Shown here piece after piece: positions 30,781-41,030 of a stretch of 64,000 bases of DNA. The DNA is taken from the NCBI GenBank assembly GCA_963809695.1, contig CAWEKI010000001.1, forward strand, positions 21,018 through 85,017. Direction: 5' to 3'. Source of the stretch: an uncultured Bacteroidota bacterium (GTDB lineage Bacteria; Bacteroidota; Ignavibacteria; UBA10030; UBA6906). Both the position numbers and the translations under genes were made by a program. The notes under the pieces are model-generated. The model made no database searches, was not told the DNA's origin, and saw nothing but the letters and a program-made list of their open reading frames with translations. How positions within the stretch are numbered: the stretch's first letter is position 1; the number at the start of each line of letters is the position of its first letter.

Positions 30781-31170
30781 ATGGTTCAATTGCGGTCAAC
30801 ATACCAGTTGGAAGCCAATCAAATGGTTCACACTACGATCAGGATGGAAATGTCTCCGGGAAAAGCAAGGGATGCATTGGAGGTCCTTCGCCCCCTGGCT
30901 GAACGAACCAGAGTCGAGCCCGGATGCATAAGTTGTAGGGTCTATCAAGACGTCCAGCAAGAACATACGATCATGATGGAGGAACTGTGGAGCACCCAGC
31001 AAGAGCTTCGCCGGCATCTCTGCTCTTCGGATTACCAGAGGATCCTCCTGGTGATCGAGATGGCAAAAGGGCAACCTGAGATTAGGTTCAATACGATTTC
31101 ACACTCAAGCGGTTTTGAAACCATAGCTGAGGCAAGAAATCACGATGTGATCGTGGCACACGGCCACTGA
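30781..31170 (+). CDS. ABM (antibiotic biosynthesis monooxygenase)-domain protein
   Basis: Pattern ...VEPGCISCRVYQDVQQEHTIMMEELWSTQQELRRHL... matches the ABM-domain consensus (EPGCL.Y........F...E.W.S.EA...H). Paralog at 49063. Confidence 0.65.
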   Translation: MVQLRSTYQLEANQMVHTTIRMEMSPGKARDALEVLRPLAERTRVEPGCISCRVYQDVQQEHTIMMEELWSTQQELRRHLCSSDYQRILLVIEMAKGQPEIRFNTISHSSGFETIAEARNHDVIVAHGH

Positions 31171-31222
31171 ATGAGAAACCGAATTCAACACACCGGAATA
31201 TAGATAAAGAGGAGAACACACA

Positions 31223-33643
31223 ATGGCACAAGCAAAGGCTGCAGAGAAGAGCTCCACAGGGCGCGTCAAGGCAGATAAAGCACGGATCGACCGGCTGAAA
31301 GAACAGCTCAGGAGCACGCCTGCCGAGGTCGATTTTGAACGCGTCAGGATTATGGCGGAGGTGTACGATGATGCTGCCGGCTATCAGACGATCATCTGTA
31401 GGGCCAAATTCATGGCAACCCTGCTTGAGAGGAAAAAGTTGTACATCGACGAAAATCTCTTTGTGGGCAGCATGGCAAGCACCGTCAATGGCATCTACAC
31501 CTATCCGGAATGGCAAGTGGATTGGATGATAGAGGAGAATACGATTGATGAGAAGTGTAAAACCCCGGAAGACAAGAAGGCCAACAAATGGGCGCTCGAA
31601 TACTGGGAAAAGCGTGCACTGAAGCCCCGCACGCTCGATATATTCGAAAGAAAATATGGTTTTGATCCGCGCCCTTCCTATGCTTCCGGCAATGTCGTTA
31701 GTTTCTTTGACTGGCCCGGTGGCGGAGGCAACCTGAACTATCCCCGGGTTTACAGGGAAGGGCTTGCCAGCATGATCAAAGAGGTAGAGGAGCGCGAGGC
31801 AGCCCTCGAAATGAGACTGCCGAATGCGGACAAGTTCGCCTTCTATGAAGCCAGTCTAATTGTCATGAGAGCCTTTATTCGCCTGGCTCACCGTTATGCT
31901 GAACTGGCAAGGGAGATGGCGGCTAAGGAAAAGGATGCAACCCGTAAGGCGGAGCTGATAGCAATTGCCGAAACCTGCGAATGGGTTCCTGAGCATCCGG
32001 CCCGCAATCTGCGGGAGGCTATGCAGTGCCATTTCTTCTGTCATATCGTTGCAGAAATAGAGCAGGTCGGTTGCGGCTATTCTGAGGCTTATCTGGGCCA
32101 GAATTTAGAGCCGTTCTATCAGGCTGACAAGGCTGCCGGTCTAATTGGATATGACGAGGCAGTCTATATGTTCGAGAACCTCGTCATCAAGCTGAACGAG
32201 ATCGGCTATTACTATGGCGAGAAGGTCGCCTTGCAGAACTCTGCCGACCTGGGTCAGAGCATCACGCTCGGTGGCTATACCGAAGATGGAGATGATGCCA
32301 CCGCTGAAATGGATTATGTGGTCCTGGATGCATGTAACTACCTTCACTTGCCACAGCCTCCACTGAGTTGCTGCTACACGGAGAGAATGAGCGGTAAATT
32401 CCTGGAGAAGGTCCTCGATGTAATAGGCACGGGTATCGGTATGCCTCAGTTCGTCAATGGCGAAGTGATGGTGAAGCGCGCCTTGAATCTCTTTGCAGAC
32501 TCCAAGAAGGGCCTCACACTCGAAAAAGCCAGACGCACCTGCATTGGCGCCTGCGTAGGTTCATACATTCCCTATGAGACAGGACACCCTGTTGAAGGGC
32601 AGCCCAACCTGGGGAAGGTCATCGAGTTGTTGATGAACAATGGCTTCGATCCCCGCACCAAGCAGCAGATCGGACCCAAGACCGGAGATCCCGAGACCTT
32701 CAAGACTTTCGAAGAACTATACGCTGCATTCCAAAAGCAGATCGATTTCAACGAGGAGGTTCTCCGCCGGGGTGCATGGATCGCCAGCATGTTGTGCGCG
32801 GACTTCCTGCCGACAACCTGGCGCTCGCTTCTTACCGGGGGCTGCATTGAAACCGGCACCGAGGTATGGAATGGCGGAGCCAATTACTACACAACTGCGC
32901 AAATCGTTGTCGGTGGTGTTGACGCCGCCAACTCGCTGATGGCGGTGAAAAAGTTGGTCTATGATGACAAAAAGATCACCATGGCCGAGCTGAAAAAGGC
33001 GCTGACTGCCAATTGGGTAGGATACGAGCATGTACGCAAGATGTGCTATGAAGCTCCCAAACATGGCAACGACATTCCTGAAATGAACAAGCTGACTCGT
33101 AAGGTGTTCAATAGTATCTATGAGGCTTTCCAAAAGGTAGATGGTGGTGGAAACTACATCAGCCAGGACATTAAATCAGCGCCTGATGCCTATACCAAGA
33201 GCATCCACAACCTGATGGGACTGGTGACGGGCGCGCTGCCGAACGGTAAATATGCCGGGGTTGCACTCACCGATGGAAGTCTGTCGGCCATGCCGGGAAC
33301 CGATGTCAATGGGCCTACCGCGTTGATTATGTCTGCAGCGAAGAGTCAGGATGCCATTAAGTATACAGCAACACACATGAACATGAAATTCCCGCCCGAT
33401 CAGCTGAAAACACGCAAGGGCCGGGATAACGTGCTGAATCTTATCAAGACCTATTTTGACAATGATGGCTATCACATTCAGTTTAATGTGCTCGATACCA
33501 ACATCCTGAGAGATGCACAGAAGCACCCTGAAAACTACCGTGACCTTGTGGTTCGGGTAGCTGGTTTCAGCGCTTTCTTCACCAAACTGGCCCCGGGTGT
33601 GCAGGAAGAGGTCATTGCCCGTACCTTGCAGAGTTTCAAATAA
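31223..33643 (+). CDS. glycyl radical enzyme (pyruvate formate-lyase fold), 806 aa, with non-canonical active-site loop
   Basis: C-terminal glycyl-radical motif VRVAGFSAFF. The C-terminal ~350 aa are colinear with E. coli PflB. The catalytic loop aligns as IGACVGSY against PflB IACCVSPM: a single Cys, neither the CC of PFL nor the CxE of the eliminases. Confidence 0.85.
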   Translation: MAQAKAAEKSSTGRVKADKARIDRLKEQLRSTPAEVDFERVRIMAEVYDDAAGYQTIICRAKFMATLLERKKLYIDENLFVGSMASTVNGIYTYPEWQVDWMIEENTIDEKCKTPEDKKANKWALEYWEKRALKPRTLDIFERKYGFDPRPSYASGNVVSFFDWPGGGGNLNYPRVYREGLASMIKEVEEREAALEMRLPNADKFAFYEASLIVMRAFIRLAHRYAELAREMAAKEKDATRKAELIAIAETCEWVPEHPARNLREAMQCHFFCHIVAEIEQVGCGYSEAYLGQNLEPFYQADKAAGLIGYDEAVYMFENLVIKLNEIGYYYGEKVALQNSADLGQSITLGGYTEDGDDATAEMDYVVLDACNYLHLPQPPLSCCYTERMSGKFLEKVLDVIGTGIGMPQFVNGEVMVKRALNLFADSKKGLTLEKARRTCIGACVGSYIPYETGHPVEGQPNLGKVIELLMNNGFDPRTKQQIGPKTGDPETFKTFEELYAAFQKQIDFNEEVLRRGAWIASMLCADFLPTTWRSLLTGGCIETGTEVWNGGANYYTTAQIVVGGVDAANSLMAVKKLVYDDKKITMAELKKALTANWVGYEHVRKMCYEAPKHGNDIPEMNKLTRKVFNSIYEAFQKVDGGGNYISQDIKSAPDAYTKSIHNLMGLVTGALPNGKYAGVALTDGSLSAMPGTDVNGPTALIMSAAKSQDAIKYTATHMNMKFPPDQLKTRKGRDNVLNLIKTYFDNDGYHIQFNVLDTNILRDAQKHPENYRDLVVRVAGFSAFFTKLAPGVQEEVIARTLQSFK

Positions 33644-33663
33644 TCTGAAGATCAAGGAAGCTC

Positions 33664-33702
33664 ATGTAAGGCATGGCACTTGGTCATGCCTTACATTTTG
33701 TT
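33664..33702 (+). terminator. rho-independent terminator after the GRE gene
   Basis: Perfect 12-bp inverted repeat atgtaaggcatg ... catgccttacat followed by tttgtt. Confidence 0.6.
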
Positions 33703-33704
33703 CC

Positions 33705-34045
33705 GTCAACACCCTTTCCTGTCCCGCCCAAGCGGGAGCCTTAGTTTCGGGGTTGACTAAGAAGCAGCAGTAGTCATTTCGGGAGAGCGAAGCGACGAAG
33801 CAGTCTCTTATCGGCTCTGGGGTTGCTTCGCCCCGCCAAGGCGGGGCTCGCAGTGACAGGAAAGCAGTCAGATTGTGCGCCAGAGGTTCATCCCTTGGGG
33901 GCTTCGGGCCCACAGGTCCGGTCCTTCGGACCGAGACTCTCGGTCTGAAAGGCCGGAGCAGGCTCGCAATGACAGTTGGAGGACTTTTGGGTCACTCCCG
34001 AAGAGTGTGATTTGAGCGCAACCGAACAGAAGTTAATCAAGGAGG
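33705..34045 (+). promoter_or_regulatory. repeat- and hairpin-rich structured leader upstream of the PFK-like gene (possible cis-regulatory RNA or clustered palindromic elements)
   Basis: Multiple GC-rich hairpins (tcccgc-ccaa-gcggga; ccccgcc-aa-ggcgggg; ggtcc-ttc-ggacc; ccgaga-c-tctcgg) and a twice-repeated ggctcgcaRtgacag motif (33845, 33961). Confidence 0.35.
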
Positions 34046-34051
34046 CACATT

Positions 34052-35224
34052 ATGAGTACGGAAATTGGTCATGGTAGTTTTCTCAGGCGCATTGCTATCA
34101 ATGTTGGCGCCGGCTACGTTCCTGGCATAAATGCCGTTATTACGGGTGCTGCGATGGCGGCCGGTAAAATGGGATGGGAGATGGTCGGTGTTTGCGATGG
34201 GTTTGAAGGTTTACTTCACCCCGAAAAATATCCTGAGGGTGGACTGGTTACACTCAGCCCTCGGCTGATAGAAAATCTTGATCCTTCTGCAGGGGGTATA
34301 CTTGGCCAATCGGTCCGGGTCGATCCGTTTCATGTCCGCACGGTAAACAAAGACGACATGGTGGAAGAAGTGGACATGTCCGATGATCTCTTGAAAAGGC
34401 TGAAGGAAGAAAAGATTGACGGATTGATTTCAGTGGTTGGCGGACTTGGGCTGAGTATTCTCTACAAGCTCCACCGCAAAGGGCTCAATGCGGTGTGCAT
34501 CCCAAGGTCGATCGATAATGATATCGCCTGTACTTCGGTGTCATTCGGATTCAACAGCGCCCTCACCTTCACCATCGAAATGCTGGACCGTGCCCGTCAG
34601 GCGGCCCAGTCTGCACGCAAAATTGCAGTAGTCGAGGTACAGGGAGAGCAGGCTGGATGGATTGCACTCCAGGCAGGTATAGCAGCTTGTGCTGATGTCA
34701 TCATGATCCCCGAGATCCCTGTTGATCTCAAGAATGTGGCACGGAGATTAAAAGATAAGATGTCACCCAGAAGGCCGTACGGGCTTGTTGTGGTGGCCCA
34801 GGGAGCGAAACTTATCAGTCAAACTAAGAAGGAAGGGGCCACATCCTCCCTAAAAGCTACTCTGTCGCCACTGGCTACCGGTGATTCCAGCAGTGAGCAC
34901 GTCATTCAGAGTTCTGGCCAGGCAGCAGAGACTGTGGCAAGAGAACTTCAGCTGCTGATAGCCGAGGAAACCTATCCGCTCGTCATCGGTCCCTGGGTCA
35001 GGGGTGGTACCCCAACTGCTGTCGACCGCCAACTGGGGATGGCGTACGGAGCCGGGGCATTGCAGGCGCTGAAAGCGGGGAAGAATGGAGTAATGGTTGC
35101 TTTTGTTCCTCCTGAAATCAGGTTCGTGCCGCTGGCAGAAGCAATCAACAAAGTCAGAACGGTGTCTGCGGACAGCGAATTCCTGAAGATTGCTCATTCA
35201 CTTGGCATTTATTGTGGAAAATAA
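34052..35224 (+). CDS. phosphofructokinase-fold protein with degenerate catalytic motifs (PFK-like)
   Basis: Colinear with ATP-PFK (PGINAVITGAAMAA ~ PGMNAAIRGVVRAA; IPRSIDNDI ~ LPGTIDNDI; KIAVVEVQG ~ RISVVEVMG). GGDGS is replaced by GGLGL. The MGR fructose-6-P arginine is replaced by QGE. The N-terminal SGGD is replaced by VGAG. Confidence 0.7.
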   Translation: MSTEIGHGSFLRRIAINVGAGYVPGINAVITGAAMAAGKMGWEMVGVCDGFEGLLHPEKYPEGGLVTLSPRLIENLDPSAGGILGQSVRVDPFHVRTVNKDDMVEEVDMSDDLLKRLKEEKIDGLISVVGGLGLSILYKLHRKGLNAVCIPRSIDNDIACTSVSFGFNSALTFTIEMLDRARQAAQSARKIAVVEVQGEQAGWIALQAGIAACADVIMIPEIPVDLKNVARRLKDKMSPRRPYGLVVVAQGAKLISQTKKEGATSSLKATLSPLATGDSSSEHVIQSSGQAAETVARELQLLIAEETYPLVIGPWVRGGTPTAVDRQLGMAYGAGALQALKAGKNGVMVAFVPPEIRFVPLAEAINKVRTVSADSEFLKIAHSLGIYCGK

Positions 35225-35236
35225 GGAGGAAGAATT

Positions 35237-36211
35237 GTGAACAATCAAACAATAAACCCAAGCGATATGACAGGGACGGTGCTGAATATCCAACGATACT
35301 GCAGCCACGACGGTCCGGGCATCCGCACTACCGTCTTCCTGAAGGGTTGCTCGCTGCGCTGCAAATGGTGCGGCAATCCTGAAAGCATCCGGATAAAACC
35401 GGAAATGTCCTACGATTCCAGGAAATGTACGGGCAAGAAGGCATGTGGAGTTTGCCTGAAGTCGCCCTTCCCGGAAGGCGCCTTCTATGTTGTGGAGGGC
35501 GACGATGACAAAGTAAAAGTCAACTGGCATCTGGCCATGGATTGCGACGAGACATTGACATCGCTCTGCCCGACAGGAGCGCTCGAAATGTTTGGCAAAA
35601 AGATGACAGTAAAAGAGGTGTTGGACGAGGTGGAGAAGGATGCTTCCTTTTACCGAAATACAGGGGGTGGAATGACATTGAGTGGCGGTGAGATCATGCT
35701 GCAGCCTGATTTCAGCGCAGGTTTGCTGAAGGAAGCGCACGATCGTGGCTTCAATACGGCCATAGAAACAGCGTGCAACGCTCCATGGCCTTTCCTGGAG
35801 AAGGTGCTGCCCCACGTTGATACGATGCTGCATGACCACAAGCTGACCATCCCGGAGAGGCACAAGAAATGGACCGGCGTGGACAACAAGCGTATACTCG
35901 AGAACTTCAAGAAAGCTTACGAGACGTTTCCCAACATTGACTTCATCGCCCGCACGCCGCTGATTCCCGGCATCAATGCCGATGAGGAACATATACGAGC
36001 AGTGCTGGCGTTCATTCGCCCTCACAAGAACGTGATTGACTATGAGCTGTTGCCGTATCACCGCTTCGGCCTGGGCAAGTACGAATACCTGGGCAAGGTG
36101 TATGAACTGGATGATTACAAAACGCCGTCTGATGAATTGGTTAAACATTTACAGGCCATCATCGACGAGGCCTTCGGCCGAAGTGCCCAGACAGCCGCGG
36201 TCGTGAAATAG
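35237..36211 (+). CDS. glycyl-radical enzyme activating enzyme (radical SAM, PflA family with extra ferredoxin-like Cys clusters)
   Basis: CSHDGPGIRTTVFLKGCSLRCKWCGNPES (PFL-AE signature with CxxxCxxC). Additional CxxCxxC clusters. GTG start preceded by an aaggagga SD-like sequence. Confidence 0.85.
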   Translation: MNNQTINPSDMTGTVLNIQRYCSHDGPGIRTTVFLKGCSLRCKWCGNPESIRIKPEMSYDSRKCTGKKACGVCLKSPFPEGAFYVVEGDDDKVKVNWHLAMDCDETLTSLCPTGALEMFGKKMTVKEVLDEVEKDASFYRNTGGGMTLSGGEIMLQPDFSAGLLKEAHDRGFNTAIETACNAPWPFLEKVLPHVDTMLHDHKLTIPERHKKWTGVDNKRILENFKKAYETFPNIDFIARTPLIPGINADEEHIRAVLAFIRPHKNVIDYELLPYHRFGLGKYEYLGKVYELDDYKTPSDELVKHLQAIIDEAFGRSAQTAAVVK

Positions 36212-36250
36212 GTTCGTGTTCGAGGTCGCAATCTAAGAACCGGGGTATTT

Positions 36251-37390
36251 ATGAGCAATGAGGACAAATCGTTAGATATATACGAACGACTGGCGGCGGC
36301 GCAGGAGGCGCTTCCGCATGGCTTCCCCAGGACGAAATCTGGGGTGGAAATACAGCTGATAAAGATGGCGTTCACACCCGAGGAAGTTTCGCTTGCGGGC
36401 CAGCTGACCCGCTTCCCGGAGACCGCAGCCGATATCGCGAAACGGGTTGGTATGGAGGAAGCCGATGTAACAGCCCTACTCGAGAGTCTGATACCACGAC
36501 GGCTGGTACGTCTCGACTCAAAGGGGATGGCAGCTCCCGGTATGGTGCCTACAGCCGAAGGCGAGAAAAAGTACCGGCTGGGTCCTTTTCTGGTTGGCTG
36601 GTACGAAGCCAATATGCGGCTGCTGGATAAGGAATTTGCGGAGCTCTTCGAGCAATTCGTGATCGAGGGCGGCGGGGAGAAGATCCTTGCGCCCCGGCCC
36701 GGCGTGCTGGGCGTTGTACCTGTGCGCGGCTCTCTGAAACCTGAGCTGATGGCGGCTATGGAGCCCCACCTGGATATCGATGCCCATTTCAAACGCCACG
36801 AGCGTTTTCTCGTGATCCCCTGTGTGTGCAAAAAGGAGCGGGAGGATCTGGGGCACTTCGACTGCAAGTTCCCCATGAAACGATGTGGGTTTGTAGGATT
36901 GCCACCTCACACCCCGCTCTCAGAAACCGTGCTTGACAGGGAGGAGGCGAACAAGCTCCTTTATGAACTTGAGGAGATGGGACACGTTCACCTTGCGTTT
37001 TACGGATACACAATGGGAGCGGATATACCTCAGTTTGTAGGCACCTGTAACTGCGATGGCTGTTGCTGTGGGGTATTGCACGGACAGAAACTCTCCGGCA
37101 TATCGGAAGGGGCGCAACGGTCGAACTACCGCGCTGTCATCGATCCAGAGAAGTGCATTTCCTGCGGCGTGTGCCAGGGGCGTTGCCCGGTGGACGCCAT
37201 CGCTGATGATGAGAATGGCAAGTCGAATGTGGAACGGGCAAAGTGCATCGGTTGTGGTGTGTGCGTGATCGGATGTGTAAGCGTTGCGATCGAGATGCTG
37301 CCGGTATCAAAGGAGGAGTGGTTCCATGTGCCTTCCAGCATGGCGGAATGGGAGGAGAGGCGCCTGGAGTATTTGGCAGCGCAGAAGTAG
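36251..37390 (+). CDS. Cys-rich iron-sulfur protein with two C-terminal 4Fe-4S ferredoxin motifs (possible GRE-associated electron-transfer / accessory protein)
   Basis: CISCGVCQGRCP and CIGCGVCVIGC ferredoxin motifs. Additional Cys clusters CVCKK...C..C and CNCDGCCCG. N-terminal helical, HTH-like region. Confidence 0.55.
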   Translation: MSNEDKSLDIYERLAAAQEALPHGFPRTKSGVEIQLIKMAFTPEEVSLAGQLTRFPETAADIAKRVGMEEADVTALLESLIPRRLVRLDSKGMAAPGMVPTAEGEKKYRLGPFLVGWYEANMRLLDKEFAELFEQFVIEGGGEKILAPRPGVLGVVPVRGSLKPELMAAMEPHLDIDAHFKRHERFLVIPCVCKKEREDLGHFDCKFPMKRCGFVGLPPHTPLSETVLDREEANKLLYELEEMGHVHLAFYGYTMGADIPQFVGTCNCDGCCCGVLHGQKLSGISEGAQRSNYRAVIDPEKCISCGVCQGRCPVDAIADDENGKSNVERAKCIGCGVCVIGCVSVAIEMLPVSKEEWFHVPSSMAEWEERRLEYLAAQK

Positions 37391-37449
37391 CGTGCGGGCC
37401 GGACCGGGAGAGCTCGATATCTCCCGAATCCTAAATTGATTTTCGATAA

Positions 37450-38202
37450 ATGAACGCCAGGTATAACTTTCATTTTATATGGTTAGTACTCTGTGTTCTA
37501 GTGAGTTCTGCAAGCAACAGCTATGCCCAAGATTCATCATTCGAATTATGGCCCGAAACGGATATTTGGTACAGGATAAACCCGTCCTGGCGGCTGTCAG
37601 CTTTTATTCCTATCACAAAATACCACGAAAGCCAAAACCGGGACTTGAATATATATCTGCAGGCCGATTATGCATGGGGCCGGACAACATTCTCCCTGTA
37701 CAGGAGGTTACGAGATGAAGAGAGAGCGGCGCAGATGAGATCTTGGTTACTGCGCTGGGGTTTCATGGAAGGATGGAGCCTGGGTGATAACCCAAGCAAC
37801 TATACGGAAGATATGCTCTTCGCCGAAATCCACAAAAGAGATCCTCTCATAGGAGGCATATTACTCTCGCATCGTATTCGTGTCGACCTCCGGTGGGTTG
37901 GCGAAGATCCGGACCTTTCTTATCGGTTCCGTTACCGTGTCATGCTTGAAAAGGAATATACCTCCGGCAATAGTTCGATTGTTCCTTATGTGAACATAGA
38001 ACCTTTCTGGGACTCGCGCTATGCAACTTTCAGTCGTGTGCGCATTATCGGAGGCGCTACCTTTTCCTGGGGACCACGCTGGGCGTTTGAAGGCAACCTG
38101 ACATATCAGTACGATTCACATTATGATACAAGCAATCTCTATGCGCTCAACCTGATCGTGCACTTGTTTTTTGAAGCAGAGAATGACGATGATACAAATT
38201 AA
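37450..38202 (+). CDS. hypothetical secreted protein (signal peptide; Trp/Tyr-rich)
   Basis: N-terminal signal peptide MNARYNFHFIWLVLCVLVSSASNSYAQ; no catalytic motif recognised. Confidence 0.4.
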   Translation: MNARYNFHFIWLVLCVLVSSASNSYAQDSSFELWPETDIWYRINPSWRLSAFIPITKYHESQNRDLNIYLQADYAWGRTTFSLYRRLRDEERAAQMRSWLLRWGFMEGWSLGDNPSNYTEDMLFAEIHKRDPLIGGILLSHRIRVDLRWVGEDPDLSYRFRYRVMLEKEYTSGNSSIVPYVNIEPFWDSRYATFSRVRIIGGATFSWGPRWAFEGNLTYQYDSHYDTSNLYALNLIVHLFFEAENDDDTN

Positions 38203-38249
38203 CCGGCTGCAGTAAGTCAACAGGGAACGCGAAATTCAGGAGGATATTC

Positions 38250-41030
38250 ATGGGCAAAAACGCTGAAGTAACACGACTTGACGAGGCCCGAACAAAGCGG
38301 GCTCTCTGGAAGAAATGGGGCCCCTACCTGAGCGAACGGCAGTGGGGGACTGTTCGGGAAGACTACAGCCACAGTGGCGACGCCTGGTCGTACTTCACAC
38401 ATGATCAGGCACGGTCGCGCGCATACCGCTGGGGTGAGGACGGACTTGCAGGGATCTCCGACGATCACCAGGTGCTCTGCTTCGCGCTTGCACTCTGGAA
38501 TGGAAAGGACCCGATCCTGAAGGAGCGAGCTTTCGGGTTGAGCAACGGAGAAGGAAATCATGGCGAAGACGTCAAGGAGTATTACTTCTACCTTGACAGT
38601 ACCCCCACGCATTCCTACATGAAATACCTCTACAAGTATCCGCAGGCAGCGTTCCCCTATGCCGATCTTGTTGAGACAAACCGCAGGCGCTCCAAGCAGG
38701 AACTTGAGTACGAGTTGCTGGACACCGGTATCTTTGATGGCGATCGGTACTTCGATGTGCTCGTTGAATATGCCAAGGGCGGCCCCGAAGACGTTCTCGT
38801 CAAGATCAGCGTGTCCAATCGCGGTCCGGAACCGGCCGAGCTCCATGTGCTCCCGACACTATGGTTTCGCAATACCTGGTCCTGGCAGGGCGGTGGTACC
38901 AAGCCCATGCTTGCACAAACTGATCATGCGGGTGGGAGCGTTATGTCAGCCCGTCATACTGACCCACTCTTTCAGCAGTTCATGTCAGACTACAAGCTCT
39001 TCTGCGAGGGGACGCCAGCTCTACTGTTCACTGAGAATGAGACCAACAACGAGAGGTTATTTGGCGGCACAAACGCTTCACCTTATGTCAAGGACGGCAT
39101 CAACAACTATGTGGTGCGCGGAGAGAAAGATGCGGTGAATCCCGCCAACAACGGAACAAAAGCCGCCGCACACTACCCGTTGACCATCAATGCTGGCGAG
39201 ACCAGGATTGTCCGATTGCGCCTTGCGAGGGCAGTGCCGGATGCGGAAGGCACCCCCTTCCGGGAATATGACGATATCTTCGACAAGCGGATTCGCGAAG
39301 CCGATGAGTTCTATGACGGCATTACTCCGCCTGCGGTCAAAGCCGCTCCTGATCGGGCCCGTGTGTTGCGTCAGGCGCTTGCCGGCATGCTGTGGAGCAA
39401 GCAGTACTATTACTATGATCTCCATACGTGGCTGAAAGAACACAATACCGGACCGGGGTCGACACCTGCTACGCGCGGCGACCAGCGCAACGGCGCGTGG
39501 TTCCATATGCTGAACGACGATATTTTCTCGATGCCAGATAAGTGGGAATACCCCTGGTATGCGGCGTGGGACCTCGCGTTCCACACGCTTCCTCTGGCGT
39601 CGGTGGACCCGGATTTTGCGAAGTCACAGCTGGGCCTTCTGCTGCGCAATGAGTATCTGCATCCGAACGGTCAGATACCAGCCTACGAGTGGAACTTCGG
39701 AGATGTCAATCCGCCTGTTCATGCCTATGCCACCATCCAGATCTATTTACAGGATAAGGCCAGGAACAACGGAAAAGGCGATATCGCATTCCTGAAGGCT
39801 GCATTCGAAAAACTCCTGCTGAACCACACCTGGTGGGTGAATCGGAAGGATCGTTACGGGAGTAACGTTTTCGAAGGAGGCTTTCTAGGTCTGGACAATA
39901 TCGGGGTCTTCGACCGGAGCGCTCCGCTACCGACAGGCGGGTATCTTGAGCAGGCAGACGGAACGGCCTGGATGGTCTTCTTCAGCCAGCAGATGGTTCG
40001 CATTGCCACGGAACTCGCGCTGCATGAGCCCCACTATGAGCAATTCGTCTCGAAGTTCGCCGAGAACACGATGTGGATCGCAGGGTCGATGGACCGGATC
40101 GGTGGGGGGAGTGAAGGGATGTGGGACGACGAGGATGGATTCTTCTATGACGTGCTGCGCCTTCCTGACGGTAACTCAATGCGGCTCAAAGTCCGGTCGA
40201 TGGTTGGTCTCCTGCCGCTTGCGGCGGTGGCCATATTCGAAGAGGACATCTTGAAACAGCTCCCGACATTCAGAAAATATGCTGCAAGGTTCATGGCCCG
40301 TCATCCGGAGCTTGCTGCGAATGTGCATATTCCTACAGAGCCGGGCATGGGTGGCAGGCGCATGCTTTCCATCCTCAATGAAGACAAACTGCGTCGCATC
40401 CTGGCGCGTATGTTGGATGAGAACGAGTTCCTCGGTCCCCATGGCATTCGCGCCCTTTCGCGTTATCACCTGGATCACCCGTTCATTTTCAGGCAGGGCG
40501 ACCAGGAGTTCAGTGTTTCGTATCTCCCGGCTGATTCCGACAGCGGTATGTTCGGCGGGAACTCCAACTGGAGAGGTCCTGTCTGGATGCCGGTGAACCT
40601 CATGTTGTACAACGCGCTTCTCCGGCTGGGTGCATACTATGGTGATTCATTCATGGTAGAGTGCCCGACCGGTTCCGGACGGCAGATGAACCTGATCGAG
40701 GTGGCGCACGAGCTTGCCGAGCGGCTGATCTCGACGTTCGAGCTGGATGGCGAGGGGCACCGGCCAGTCTTCGGCGGCATGGAGAAGTTCCGGAACGACC
40801 CGCTCTGGCGAGATTGCATACTGTTCAACGAGTATTTTCACGGCGACAACGGCGCTGGCATTGGCGCCAGCCATCAGACCGGCTGGACCGGCTGCATCGC
40901 CCGGATCATCCAGAGCAATGGGCTCATCACAAAAGAGATGGTGCAGGATAGTGATTTCGAGCGCAGGGTGTTGAAGGCCTCAGTGTCTGTTGAGTCTGAT
41001 TCGCACAAAGTGAAGGAAACGCGCATATGA
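38250..41030 (+). CDS. large (alpha/alpha)6-barrel glycoside hydrolase, GH63-like (mannosyl-/glucosyl-glycerate hydrolase or processing alpha-glucosidase-like)
   Basis: 926 aa. N-terminal [18 protein letters not shown]-type motif and a long Trp-rich C-terminal catalytic-domain pattern that I associate with GH63 / MGH-family enzymes. Assignment is from memory, not a search. Confidence 0.45.
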   Translation: MGKNAEVTRLDEARTKRALWKKWGPYLSERQWGTVREDYSHSGDAWSYFTHDQARSRAYRWGEDGLAGISDDHQVLCFALALWNGKDPILKERAFGLSNGEGNHGEDVKEYYFYLDSTPTHSYMKYLYKYPQAAFPYADLVETNRRRSKQELEYELLDTGIFDGDRYFDVLVEYAKGGPEDVLVKISVSNRGPEPAELHVLPTLWFRNTWSWQGGGTKPMLAQTDHAGGSVMSARHTDPLFQQFMSDYKLFCEGTPALLFTENETNNERLFGGTNASPYVKDGINNYVVRGEKDAVNPANNGTKAAAHYPLTINAGETRIVRLRLARAVPDAEGTPFREYDDIFDKRIREADEFYDGITPPAVKAAPDRARVLRQALAGMLWSKQYYYYDLHTWLKEHNTGPGSTPATRGDQRNGAWFHMLNDDIFSMPDKWEYPWYAAWDLAFHTLPLASVDPDFAKSQLGLLLRNEYLHPNGQIPAYEWNFGDVNPPVHAYATIQIYLQDKARNNGKGDIAFLKAAFEKLLLNHTWWVNRKDRYGSNVFEGGFLGLDNIGVFDRSAPLPTGGYLEQADGTAWMVFFSQQMVRIATELALHEPHYEQFVSKFAENTMWIAGSMDRIGGGSEGMWDDEDGFFYDVLRLPDGNSMRLKVRSMVGLLPLAAVAIFEEDILKQLPTFRKYAARFMARHPELAANVHIPTEPGMGGRRMLSILNEDKLRRILARMLDENEFLGPHGIRALSRYHLDHPFIFRQGDQEFSVSYLPADSDSGMFGGNSNWRGPVWMPVNLMLYNALLRLGAYYGDSFMVECPTGSGRQMNLIEVAHELAERLISTFELDGEGHRPVFGGMEKFRNDPLWRDCILFNEYFHGDNGAGIGASHQTGWTGCIARIIQSNGLITKEMVQDSDFERRVLKASVSVESDSHKVKETRI

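Noticed and set aside
31157-31172. TGGCAC upstream of the GRE start
   Set aside because: No GC dinucleotide at the -12 position; it lies inside the ABM coding sequence end.
33676-33691. TGGCAC-N5-cATGC resembling a sigma54 promoter
   Set aside because: GG/GC spacing is off by one, and the sequence is the loop and 3' arm of the GRE terminator hairpin.
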